DNA from: a virus
Lineage: Duplodnaviria > Caudoviricetes
Virus record (IMG/VR): IMGVR_UViG_3300016667_000193
Location: 1-45,919 of that record
DNA length: 45,919 nt
Reading direction: 5' to 3' (one strand)
Shown here: positions 1 through 8,054 of the stretch, one piece after another
Layout: every line of letters begins with the position of its first letter
How positions within the stretch are numbered: position 1 is the first letter of the stretch
Position numbers and translations under genes: made by a program
The notes under the pieces: model-generated
Database searches by the model: none
What the model was told of the DNA's origin: nothing
Seen by the model: the letters and a program-made list of their open reading frames with translations, nothing else

Positions 1-54
1 GGCCGATGTAACCCTGACCACCGAAGAACTTAACCGCATCTGAGGACCTGACCA

Positions 55-1158
55 ATGCCCACTAACCTGACAGGCTCAACGATCAACAGTACGTACGATC
101 AGTTGCTGCATATCGACGGCGGTCCAGTTGCGTCTGAGCAGACGGTCTATAGTGGCACGGGTGTGGCGACGGCCCTCAAGCTCGGCACCGTGTCTGCTTC
201 GGTGGACAACATCCAGTTCAGCGGTAACACCATCACGACGCTGGATAGCGGCAGTCTGATTCTTTCACCCGGTGGGACTGCCACAGTCAGCATCGCACGC
301 GCTGCCATCACTGGTGGGACGATCACAGGGATCACAGACCTTGCTATCGCTGATGGTGGTACGGGTGCCTCTGATGCCGTGACGGCTCGATCCAACCTTG
401 GCCTCGGGTCCATCGCTACCCAGAACTCGAACAACGTCACCATCACAGGTGGCGCAATCTCGGGGGTGACATTTACCGGGTCTTTCTCCGGCGTCACGTC
501 CATTGAGTCGGGTACCTTCGCTACAAGTAATGCCGCGACAGGTTTGACCGTCACGACTAACACGATCTCAGCTGACGGCACCGACACGAACATTGATATC
601 AACATCACACCAAAGGGTACTGGTGAGGTCAATGTCACCAACATTGATATTCTGAGTGGTAAGGTTCCGTTCAGCACTGTCACCGGTCGGGCCTTCGCCT
701 CATTCTCGGATGTCACTGACCAGACGGGGAACGTCTCCACACCGACAGCAGTGAAGTTCGGTACGACCGAGGTCGCCGGTTCCGGTATCACGATGGTGAC
801 AGACGGGTCCAATCTGACCCGTCTGACTTTCGCTGCGGCTGGCACCTATATGGTTGCCCCCAATCTCCAGTTCGCCAACTCAGATGTCTCTGACCATGAT
901 ACCACCGTCTGGCTCCGGTTGGATGGTACTGATGTCGCACGCTCAGCTACGCGAGTTACAGTCCCCAAATCCACAGACGGGGGTAGCGCTTTCTTCCAGA
1001 TCGTGTTCTACCTGACTGTGACCGCAGGTCAGTACGTTCAGGTCATGTGGCTTCCGGAGAACGTCGCAGTAACTCTGGACCATGTCGCGGCAGCCGCAGG
1101 TCCGCCTGCGGTTCCTGCCATCCCCTCTGCCGTTATTGTCTCTGAAAGGATTGCCTGA
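55..1158 (+). CDS. Tail fibre/collar-like virion protein
   Basis: 367 aa, T/G/S-rich; fibre motifs (LAIADGGTGAS..ARSNLGLG, DTNIDINITPKGTG); C-terminal beta-sandwich-like region; SD gagga. Confidence 0.7.
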   Translation: MPTNLTGSTINSTYDQLLHIDGGPVASEQTVYSGTGVATALKLGTVSASVDNIQFSGNTITTLDSGSLILSPGGTATVSIARAAITGGTITGITDLAIADGGTGASDAVTARSNLGLGSIATQNSNNVTITGGAISGVTFTGSFSGVTSIESGTFATSNAATGLTVTTNTISADGTDTNIDINITPKGTGEVNVTNIDILSGKVPFSTVTGRAFASFSDVTDQTGNVSTPTAVKFGTTEVAGSGITMVTDGSNLTRLTFAAAGTYMVAPNLQFANSDVSDHDTTVWLRLDGTDVARSATRVTVPKSTDGGSAFFQIVFYLTVTAGQYVQVMWLPENVAVTLDHVAAAAGPPAVPAIPSAVIVSERIA

Positions 1159-1391
1159 TGCCCAAGCGTATTCCCGGTGTCACTGATATGACCCCCGCTC
1201 AGACAAAGATGTATACATCTGGCGCGACCAAGTACCGCAAGGACAAGGCTGAGCAGGATCGTTATCGCAAAGCGATGGGTTCGCAGGCTGACATCGTCGC
1301 CCGTGGTAATCGTATGCAGGGGATGGAAGCGAAAGAGAGCAAGGTTCTCAGCAGCTCCGGTACCGGCTACGGCAGCTTCAGGAACAAGTGA
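1158..1391 (+). CDS. Small basic hypothetical protein ending in LSSSGTGYGSFRNK
   Basis: 77 aa ORF coupled to the upstream stop by TGATG. Confidence 0.75.
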   Translation: MPKRIPGVTDMTPAQTKMYTSGATKYRKDKAEQDRYRKAMGSQADIVARGNRMQGMEAKESKVLSSSGTGYGSFRNK

Positions 1392-1392
1392 G

Positions 1393-1653
1393 ATGGCCAA
1401 GACCCCAGCGTGGACTCGCAAGGAGGGGAAGGACCCGAAGGGTGGGTTGAACGCCAAGGGTCGTGCCTCTGCCAAGGCTCAGGGGATGAACCTGAAGCCG
1501 CCTGCTCCTAACCCCAAGACCAAGGAGGACAAGGGACGCAGGGCGTCCTTCTGTGCCCGGATGGAGGGGATGAAGAAGAAGCTCACTTCGGAGAAGACCG
1601 CCCGCGATCCCAACTCGCGGATCAACAAATCCCTGCGCGCATGGAATTGCTGA
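1393..1653 (+). CDS. Small basic phage protein (DUF6321-like)
   Basis: ATG at 1393; MAKTPAWTRKEGKDPKGGLNAKGRAS...RRASFCARM...SRINKSLRAWNC is a recognisable conserved phage family. Confidence 0.8.
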   Translation: MAKTPAWTRKEGKDPKGGLNAKGRASAKAQGMNLKPPAPNPKTKEDKGRRASFCARMEGMKKKLTSEKTARDPNSRINKSLRAWNC

Positions 1654-1654
1654 G

Positions 1655-1807
1655 ATGGAAGTCTGGAACAAACCTCGCCCCAAGTCGCTCGGTAAATCCA
1701 AGCCGCTAACGCCAGATCAAAAGGCCAAAGCGAAAGCTGCCGCCAAGAAGGGCGGTCGCAAGTACCCCAACCTCGTAGACAACATGCGAGCAGCAAGGAA
1801 GAAGTGA
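1655..1807 (+). CDS. 50-aa highly basic phage protein (not in ORF track)
   Basis: Translated by hand: MEVWNKPRPKSLGKSKPLTPDQKAKAKAAAKKGGRKYPNLVDNMRAARKK; fills the gap exactly with TGAgATG junctions. Confidence 0.8.
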   Translation: MEVWNKPRPKSLGKSKPLTPDQKAKAKAAAKKGGRKYPNLVDNMRAARKK

Positions 1808-1808
1808 G

Positions 1809-1976
1809 ATGGCCAAGAAACCCGACAAGGTCGCAAAGGTCTACAGGGAATACAAGTCCGGAACTTTGCATTCTGGTAAGGACCCCAAGGGTCCCAAGAA
1901 GGCACCCGTTGTCAAATCCCGCAAACAGGCTATCGCTATCGCATTGAGCGAAGCTGGCAAAGCAAGGAAGAAGTGA
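1809..1976 (+). CDS. 55-aa basic protein, DUF6496-like (not in ORF track)
   Basis: Translated by hand: MAKKPDKVAKVYREYKSGTLHSGKDPKGPKKAPVVKSRKQAIAIALSEAGKARKK; GTLHSG and KQAIAIALSEA motifs. Confidence 0.8.
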   Translation: MAKKPDKVAKVYREYKSGTLHSGKDPKGPKKAPVVKSRKQAIAIALSEAGKARKK

Positions 1977-2257
1977 TGACCGAGAAACTCTATATCCGCG
2001 TCCGGAAGGACGGGTTCATCTACGACTACAATGAGCGGATGGCTGTCCACCCGTCATGCGAAGTGATCACCGAGCAGGAAGCATTCCCTGAGCGGTTCAT
2101 CACCCCGACAGTCGAGGAGAAGATCAACGAGCTGACTAAGCCGAAGCGCGGTCGCAAACAACCCAAGGGGCTTGATCTTACTACTGACATCCCTGAGGAA
2201 CCTGTGTATACTGACCCCGAACTGGCTGCTGAAGTCTCACGGGGTTGGCCTGAATGA
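1976..2257 (+). CDS. Hypothetical protein
   Basis: TGATG coupling upstream, ATGA overlap downstream. Confidence 0.75.
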   Translation: MTEKLYIRVRKDGFIYDYNERMAVHPSCEVITEQEAFPERFITPTVEEKINELTKPKRGRKQPKGLDLTTDIPEEPVYTDPELAAEVSRGWPE

Positions 2258-2898
2258 CACCTGCGGATATCATCGCTGAAGCACGGGTACTCATTCAGGA
2301 CTCGCGCACACCGTATCGCTACAGCGACGCGGTGCTGCTCGGTTTCGTCAACCAGACGCTGCGGCGTATGTCGATCCTGCGTCCTGACTTGTTCTCGATC
2401 ATCGGTGATATCCCCACGGTTGCCAACACGGTCATCCAGAGTTGTCCAGCGGACTCGCTGCGTCTCGTCGAGATTTTCCAGATCAAGAACGGTGACGCAG
2501 TGACTGAGGTGAACCGCGAGGTACTGGATCAGATGAACCCCGGTTGGGTTAATGAGACGGCGGGTACCCCGCTGAACTTCATGCGGCACGTCCGCAACCC
2601 CAATAAGTTCTTCCTCTACCCCCGCCCTGCAACTGGCGTCGTACTGGTTGGTGAGTACGCTCAGGTTCCTCCGGCCTATACGTTGAATCAGACAATCGCG
2701 GCGCTGCCTGATGCGTACCTGCCGGTCGCCGCCGATGGGGTCGTGTTCCTTGCGGAGTCGGTTGACAACGAGCATGTCAACTCGAACCGGGCCAAGCTGT
2801 TCCAAGAGTCGTTCAACCAGACGCTGGCGGCAGGCTTGCAGACCCGCACTATCACCGACACTGAGAGTGGCGGTCTTGATCCGAAGCAGGTGATCTAA
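2254..2898 (+). CDS. Putative head-tail adaptor/connector (DUF6682-like)
   Basis: 214 aa; N-terminal helical 'IIAEARVLIQD...YSDAVLLGFVN' and 'FFLYPRP' motifs typical of podophage adaptors. Confidence 0.65.
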   Translation: MTPADIIAEARVLIQDSRTPYRYSDAVLLGFVNQTLRRMSILRPDLFSIIGDIPTVANTVIQSCPADSLRLVEIFQIKNGDAVTEVNREVLDQMNPGWVNETAGTPLNFMRHVRNPNKFFLYPRPATGVVLVGEYAQVPPAYTLNQTIAALPDAYLPVAADGVVFLAESVDNEHVNSNRAKLFQESFNQTLAAGLQTRTITDTESGGLDPKQVI

Positions 2899-3671
2899 TG
2901 GCTGATCGCGCATTCTCTACCCTAGCAGCCAGACTGAACCCCAGTGTTCCGGGTTGCCCAACTGCGACGATGGTCCAGTACATCCGTGATGCGGCGATCC
3001 GCACTTGCGAACGCACGTTGGCATGGCGTTATGAGGTGCCGCTGTTCGACCTTCTGCCGGGGGTCCACGAGTACGCTTATAACAAACCGACCAACACCGA
3101 CGCGCACGCTGTCTTCGCTGCGATTGTCAATGGCAGTCATCTGGAGAAGCTGACGCTTGATGATGCCCTGCGGCTCTACCCGCAGTGGGCTGATCTCTAT
3201 TCTGGTGAAGACCCTAGCGTCCTGTGGAGTCTGACGCCTCCGGGTAGCTACAACACCAATGAATACAACGACTCACTGTTCAATGACGGCGAACCCTTTG
3301 TACTCCCCGACTCTGTGGTTGCCGACGCAAGTACGCCGCGCTCGATCTGTCAGATAACTCCTGATAAGTATGTCGTACTGCCGCTGCCGGATGGTAACGA
3401 GCCATACACGATGCGGATGTTCTTGGCTCTCAAACCCAAGCGCGATGCGACCGGTATGGACTCGGTGATCTTCGATGATCTCGAAGAGGTCATCATGCAC
3501 GGTGCGCTCCAGCATCTGCTGGTTCTCCCGAACCAATACTGGTCGGACCGCGAACTCGCGGCGTACCATGCCAAGCAGTACGTCTTCCAAGTCGCAGAGC
3601 GCCGTGCGCGTGCTAATCTCGGCAATGTCCGCGGTACTCTGCGGGCTAAGATGCAACCGTTCGGAGCCTGA
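2898..3671 (+). CDS. Putative adaptor/tail tubular protein
   Basis: 257 aa; 'VPGCP...IRDAAIRTCERT' N-terminus; coupled to the adaptor gene. Confidence 0.55.
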   Translation: MADRAFSTLAARLNPSVPGCPTATMVQYIRDAAIRTCERTLAWRYEVPLFDLLPGVHEYAYNKPTNTDAHAVFAAIVNGSHLEKLTLDDALRLYPQWADLYSGEDPSVLWSLTPPGSYNTNEYNDSLFNDGEPFVLPDSVVADASTPRSICQITPDKYVVLPLPDGNEPYTMRMFLALKPKRDATGMDSVIFDDLEEVIMHGALQHLLVLPNQYWSDRELAAYHAKQYVFQVAERRARANLGNVRGTLRAKMQPFGA

Positions 3672-3673
3672 CG

Positions 3674-4003
3674 ATGGGTGTTAAAGTAACCAACAATGCT
3701 ACGACGACTACGGTAGGGGCAGTGTCCAGCACTGAGCTGTCGCTCACTGTCGCCAGCGGCACGGGTGCGTTGTTCCCCATCCTCGGTGGGAGCGATTACT
3801 TCTACGCGACGTTGAGTGATACCAGCGGCAACTTCGAGATTGTTAAGGTCACGGCCCGTACTGATGATGTGATGACAATTGTCCGCGCTCAGGCTGGCAC
3901 GCTTGCGCTACCCTTCCCTGATAACAGTCGCTTTGAACTCCGGGTAACTGCTGAGAGCGTCCTTGAGGCGTTCATCTCGAACTACGATTTCCTGCTTTTG
4001 TGA
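3674..4003 (+). CDS. Stand-alone paralogue of the tailspike N-terminal (virion attachment) domain
   Basis: 109 aa; aligns by eye with the first ~100 aa of the next gene (GTGALFP.LG.SDYFYATL, E..KVTAR..D.MTIVRAQ.GT, SR.E.RVTA). Confidence 0.75.
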   Translation: MGVKVTNNATTTTVGAVSSTELSLTVASGTGALFPILGGSDYFYATLSDTSGNFEIVKVTARTDDVMTIVRAQAGTLALPFPDNSRFELRVTAESVLEAFISNYDFLLL

Positions 4004-4010
4004 GGACGAC

Positions 4011-5963
4011 ATGGGTGTCATTCTGAAGAACAACGCGGTCAGCACGATCACCACGGCGATCAGCGCGTCTGATGTTGGTCTCGCAGTAGCTGCCGGTACC
4101 GGCGCGCTATTCCCTGTGCTTGGGGTAAGCGACTATTTCTACGCCACGCTGGTCAGCGCAGGCGGCACCTATGAGGTTATCAAGGTCACGGCGCGGGTCG
4201 GAGACACCATGACCATCGTCCGCGCTCAGGAGGGCACGACAGCACAGAGCTTCGCCTCTGGTTCGCGCATCGAGGTTCGCGTCACGGCTGCATCCATTCA
4301 GGATATGCTGGACTACCATGATCAGGCCAGCGAAATCGCTCTTACTCCGTCCGGGTACACGACCGCTGATGATGTGCAGGAAGGTTTCGATAATCTCGGT
4401 TCCAGCGGCGGTTCGACCAAAGTCGGGTTCATCCAGTCCGGCACCGGGGCAACTGCGCGGACGGCGCAAAGTAAGATGCGCGAAACGTTTAGCGTATTTG
4501 ACTGTATGTCAGAGGCGCTACAGGCAAAGATTTCATCTCTGACCGCAACTACGTCCGACGCAACAGCAATTAACGCAGCTATTGACGCAGCGATTGCTAA
4601 TGCCGTGGCTCGTGCGCCAAACCAAGAAGTTAACATCTTTTTCCCTGATGGCGACTATTATTACAACTCAATCACCATCGCCAGCGACCGCATCAATCTA
4701 GTCGGTAATGCAAGGTTGATTAAAGTCGGTGCTACCGGCGACGGTATTGTATTCGATGGATCGTCTGGCCGGAAATTCGGCGGCGGCGTCCAAGGGCTTA
4801 CGCTCGGCTCGGCAGTTTCTGCAACTGGTGGAGCGCTGCTTAAATTTGTGGAATTTAGCCAGATCGAAGTGACCGCAACGATCAAGCCGTTCCCCGCCGC
4901 TGGTTGGCTTGGAATGTATTTTGACCAATGCTCTGCGGTAAAAATTGGCGATGGGACCGAAGTTGAAGGGTGTAATCACGACGGCATCCAGTTTAACGAT
5001 TGCGTTGATGTGTATCTGCTTTCCGGTCGCTCTGATGCGAATGGGCGGCATGGCGTTCTAATTAACAACGTTTCCGGCATCTATGGCAGTTCGTTCACTT
5101 GCTATGGCAATGCTAGTGATGGGTGGAAGGCGGAGGCTGTTGGCACTCCGGCATTCGCGGACGCGCACGGCTATATGTTTTTCTCCGATTGTGTGGGCGA
5201 CTCAAACGGCGGTCACAACTGGTATTTGAAGGCAGTGTCTAATAGCATTTTCAGTGCTTGCTGGGGTTCGTCGCAAAGCAACACAACCGCTGACCTACAT
5301 GGCTTTTTGGTCGATGGCTGCTTTGAGGTCGAATTTAATAGCTGCATAGCACTTGCCAACAATGCCAGCGGCATCCGCTTTGATGGAACCGGCAGCACTG
5401 GTATTTTTATCACTGGCGGCAAATACAATAACAACGGCAAGGTATCCACATCGGCAAAGCGCGAAGGTATCAGCATCGGGACAAGCTGCGATGTCACGAT
5501 TGTCGGCGCTCGGACAACCGATTTGCAATCGCCCAAAACCCAGCTTTACGGCGTTGGGGCCGACGCAACCCTGCTCTCCCTGTCGATGACCGGGTGCGAC
5601 ATGCGCGGCAATTCGACCGGCCCTTATCGTTTTGCCGCACAGCCATCGCTGTTTTCACAATCGAACAATCGGACTGGCGAAACCGCATCATTTGCCAGCG
5701 CCACTAGCGTCATCACATCGCCGTTCATTGACAAGTTCGCAGTAACAGGCACGACCGACATTTTCGACTTTACACCCAAGTGGGAAGGGCGGGAAATTAC
5801 TATCGGGATGGTTTCGACCGCCCGACTTGTGGATGAGCAATTCGGCGGTGAACTGGCCTTGCCTGACCCGACTGTGACACCCGGTGCTGATGGGGCTGCC
5901 TGTTTTGTCAGGGTCGGTTCAAAGTGGTTGATGACTTCTTACAGCGTGAACGATGGAGCGTAA
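4011..5963 (+). CDS. Tailspike / receptor-binding protein with pectate-lyase-like right-handed beta-helix
   Basis: ATG at 4011 with SD gagga; GATARTAQSKMRE linker, D..AI.AAI...IFFPDG.Y motif and N/G-rich beta-helix rungs. Confidence 0.85.
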   Translation: MGVILKNNAVSTITTAISASDVGLAVAAGTGALFPVLGVSDYFYATLVSAGGTYEVIKVTARVGDTMTIVRAQEGTTAQSFASGSRIEVRVTAASIQDMLDYHDQASEIALTPSGYTTADDVQEGFDNLGSSGGSTKVGFIQSGTGATARTAQSKMRETFSVFDCMSEALQAKISSLTATTSDATAINAAIDAAIANAVARAPNQEVNIFFPDGDYYYNSITIASDRINLVGNARLIKVGATGDGIVFDGSSGRKFGGGVQGLTLGSAVSATGGALLKFVEFSQIEVTATIKPFPAAGWLGMYFDQCSAVKIGDGTEVEGCNHDGIQFNDCVDVYLLSGRSDANGRHGVLINNVSGIYGSSFTCYGNASDGWKAEAVGTPAFADAHGYMFFSDCVGDSNGGHNWYLKAVSNSIFSACWGSSQSNTTADLHGFLVDGCFEVEFNSCIALANNASGIRFDGTGSTGIFITGGKYNNNGKVSTSAKREGISIGTSCDVTIVGARTTDLQSPKTQLYGVGADATLLSLSMTGCDMRGNSTGPYRFAAQPSLFSQSNNRTGETASFASATSVITSPFIDKFAVTGTTDIFDFTPKWEGREITIGMVSTARLVDEQFGGELALPDPTVTPGADGAACFVRVGSKWLMTSYSVNDGA

Positions 5964-5964
5964 C

Positions 5965-6129
5965 ATGGAAGAAGCTATTGAAATGGTCCGCACGGGTCAA
6001 GCTGAGCGCATTGTCGCACCGGGCCAGTGGAAAGTCTGGCGCGAGGGTGAGACTGTCCGCCATGAAATATTGCCTAACTCGCACGATGACCCAGCATTCG
6101 CGGAATACGTTAAGAAAGCGATCAACTAA
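5965..6129 (+). CDS. 54-aa hypothetical protein directly after the tailspike (not in ORF track)
   Basis: Translated by hand: MEEAIEMVRTGQAERIVAPGQWKVWREGETVRHEILPNSHDDPAFAEYVKKAIN; SD ggag. Confidence 0.55.
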   Translation: MEEAIEMVRTGQAERIVAPGQWKVWREGETVRHEILPNSHDDPAFAEYVKKAIN

Positions 6130-6182
6130 TGGCACGACTGATTAAAGCCGCTCGAACCACTACCCACCAAAGAGGCTGACAA

Positions 6183-6245
6183 ATGGCGCTTTTCATCGCA
6201 GAAGATACGGACAGCACCTTTGTCGTCCGCCCCGGCGTGTGTTAA
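6183..6245 (+). pseudogene. Possible truncated gene remnant (20 aa)
   Basis: SD gagg followed by MALFIAEDTDSTFVVRPGVC*, at the right edge of the compositionally foreign tailspike segment. Confidence 0.3.
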
Positions 6246-6269
6246 GTAGGGATCAATGAGGATTTAGTG

Positions 6270-6563
6270 ATGGATCAGACTGTCGTTAATTGGGTATTCA
6301 CTGGGTTTGGTGCTGCCGTCGGCTGGATTCTGAAAGTCGTCTGGGACGCAGTGCGGGAACTCAGGTCTGATCTACGTCAGATTGAAAAGGACCTCCCAGA
6401 GGTTTACGTGCGTAAGGATGATTTCAGAGAGGCCATCGCTGAAATCAAGACCGAGATGCGTGAAATGCGGCAGGATATGAAGGTCAGCTTCAAACATGTC
6501 GATGACACCCTGAACATCCTGTTCGAGAAACTCAACAAGAAGGAGGACCGCAGTGGCCACTAA
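6270..6563 (+). CDS. Membrane-anchored coiled-coil protein (holin/antiholin-like)
   Basis: N-terminal hydrophobic helix, YVRKDDF motif and coiled coil; upstream of the endolysin. Confidence 0.6.
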   Translation: MDQTVVNWVFTGFGAAVGWILKVVWDAVRELRSDLRQIEKDLPEVYVRKDDFREAIAEIKTEMREMRQDMKVSFKHVDDTLNILFEKLNKKEDRSGH

Positions 6564-6897
6564 GAATTATTGGACCAGCAAAGCTGGTAAGCAGGCCACC
6601 GCAGCTGCGGCTCAGTCGGATGCCGCTGGTGCAATGCGTGTCTCTCCCGCCACCCGTGGTCGTCCCGAATCTCTCCCCGATACATTCGGTATCGGTGCAA
6701 CTCTCGGCAGCGCTCCACTCCGTGGTCCCCTCGCTGGTTCGACGATGCCCGCCAAGCAGCTCAGTAGTTCTGGTACCGGCTATGGCAGCTTCAGGAATAC
6801 GCCCACCAACAGTGTCCTCAGCGGTGGTAGCCTGACAGCAGGCACCGGGGGGCGTGGTCAAATTCTCTATGATAATAAGTATACGAAGGATCGGTGA
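6553..6897 (+). CDS. Low-complexity hypothetical protein containing LSSSGTGYGSFRN
   Basis: GTG start with strong SD aggagg; coupled to the endolysin by TGATG. Confidence 0.7.
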   Translation: MATKNYWTSKAGKQATAAAAQSDAAGAMRVSPATRGRPESLPDTFGIGATLGSAPLRGPLAGSTMPAKQLSSSGTGYGSFRNTPTNSVLSGGSLTAGTGGRGQILYDNKYTKDR

Positions 6898-7325
6898 TGC
6901 CTGCGCTCGGCCCCGTAAAGTTTCTAACTATCCACTGTGCCGCAACCCCTGAGGGGCGGCACGTCACGCATGAGCAGATCACAGCGTGGGATAAGGCCAA
7001 GTTCGGTCAGACATCCTACCACTGGGTGATCGAGTTGGACGGCTCGATGCATCGCACGCTGCGCGATGACCAGAAGGGTGCCCATGTGGGTAAGGCCAAC
7101 ACTGGTAATATCGGCATCTGCTATATCGGCGGGGTGGATAAGAACCTGAACCCCAAGGACACGCGCACGCCTGCGCAGAAGAAGTCGCTCCTGACGCTCA
7201 TCCGGACGTATAAGGAGCGCTACCCCGGCATCCTCATTCGCGGTCATCGCGATTGGCCGGGTGTCAAGAAAGCGTGCCCTTCATTTTCTGTGTGGGATTG
7301 GTTGGCTCAAGAGGGTGAAGTTTAG
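6897..7325 (+). CDS. Endolysin, N-acetylmuramoyl-L-alanine amidase (T7 lysozyme-like)
   Basis: IHCAAT, YH, GAHV, IGICYIGG, GHRD and KACPSF Zn-amidase motifs. Confidence 0.95.
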   Translation: MPALGPVKFLTIHCAATPEGRHVTHEQITAWDKAKFGQTSYHWVIELDGSMHRTLRDDQKGAHVGKANTGNIGICYIGGVDKNLNPKDTRTPAQKKSLLTLIRTYKERYPGILIRGHRDWPGVKKACPSFSVWDWLAQEGEV

Positions 7326-7834
7326 ATATGCGACCAGTTAAGTCGCTTTCTGATCCTATATATGGTATCTACCGTCACCCCATATCTTTCGGACAGGATA
7401 CGGTATGGAAGGGTACTACTCCGGATCGCAAGAACATCGACCTCTTTGAGCTTCGACCTACCCTGAGTTTCGCCCCGTGCTTGAGTGCCATGACGCTTCT
7501 TATCGGCTATGTTTTCTCTACATGTGGCCCACCGAAGATTACCAACGTGGTTATTGGTTTTGTCTCCATCATAGTGGGCTACTTGATGTTTATCCGATGG
7601 CGGCGGGCCTATAAAGTTTATCGCAACCAATCTATGCACACTAAGGCGCAATCGCACTCCACGTTCAGAGAGGCGCACGCGTATATAACCGGTGGTATCA
7701 AGGTCAAGTTTGCGCACCATGGGGCGAGCACCTTGCCCGCCTTTTATACGAGCTACGCGCCCGAAATTACTAACTGCGTAACTCGGAGCTTCCGCTATCG
7801 GTTTCCATATTTCTGTGGTATTGTTGCTAGGCAT
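7322..7834 (-). CDS. NUMOD4-HNH homing endonuclease
   Basis: EIWKPI..Y.VSNFGRV (NUMOD4); VHRLVA..F...V.H.DGDKTNN...NLRW (HNH); AT-richer than flanks; opposite strand to neighbours. Confidence 0.92.
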   Translation of the reverse strand: MPSNNTTEIWKPIAEAPSYAVSNFGRVARIKGGQGARPMVRKLDLDTTGYIRVRLSERGVRLRLSVHRLVAINFIGPPPSDKHQVAHYDGDKTNNHVGNLRWATCRENIADKKRHGTQARGETQGRSKLKEVDVLAIRSSTLPYRILSERYGVTVDTIYRIRKRLNWSHI

Positions 7835-7840
7835 ACTGCG

Positions 7841-7870
7841 GGCATACTTCTATGAATACCCCATTGTCAA
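7841..7870 (-). promoter_or_regulatory. Putative sigma70 promoter of the HNH gene (leaderless)
   Basis: TTGACA (7870-7865), 18 bp, TATGCC (7846-7841), then 6 nt to the ATG at 7834; no SD. Confidence 0.45.
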
Positions 7871-7883
7871 CAGGAGACTGAGT

Positions 7884-8054
7884 ATGAATAAGGACCAACT
7901 GTTCGGTATTGTCCGCACTGTCGCGGCTGCCGGGTTCGGCTTCCTAGCCGGTAAGGGTTACATCGACGGTGCCACCGCTGAAGCTCTGGCTGGTGCTGTT
8001 GCCACTATCGGCGTCGCCGTGTGGTCGGTGGTTAGTAAGAAGCCCGCACAATGA
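7884..8054 (+). CDS. Putative holin (Pam3-gp28-like, two TM helices)
   Basis: MNKDQLFGIVRTVAAAGFGFLAGKGYID...AVWSVVSKK; SD aggag; sits between endolysin and spanins. Confidence 0.75.
   Translation: MNKDQLFGIVRTVAAAGFGFLAGKGYIDGATAEALAGAVATIGVAVWSVVSKKPAQ

Noticed and set aside
1347-6798. Diversity-generating retroelement TR/VR pair as an explanation for the 39-nt duplicate
   Set aside because: Mismatches are synonymous C/T rather than adenine-specific, the repeat is short, and no reverse transcriptase is present
7322-7834. Group I intron carrying the HNH gene
   Set aside because: The endolysin is complete (ends after KACPSF) and the HNH gene is antisense and intergenic, with no room for an intron core
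7328-7855. 175-aa + strand ORF in the lysis cassette
   Set aside because: It is the reverse complement of the clear NUMOD4-HNH gene and has no recognisable features
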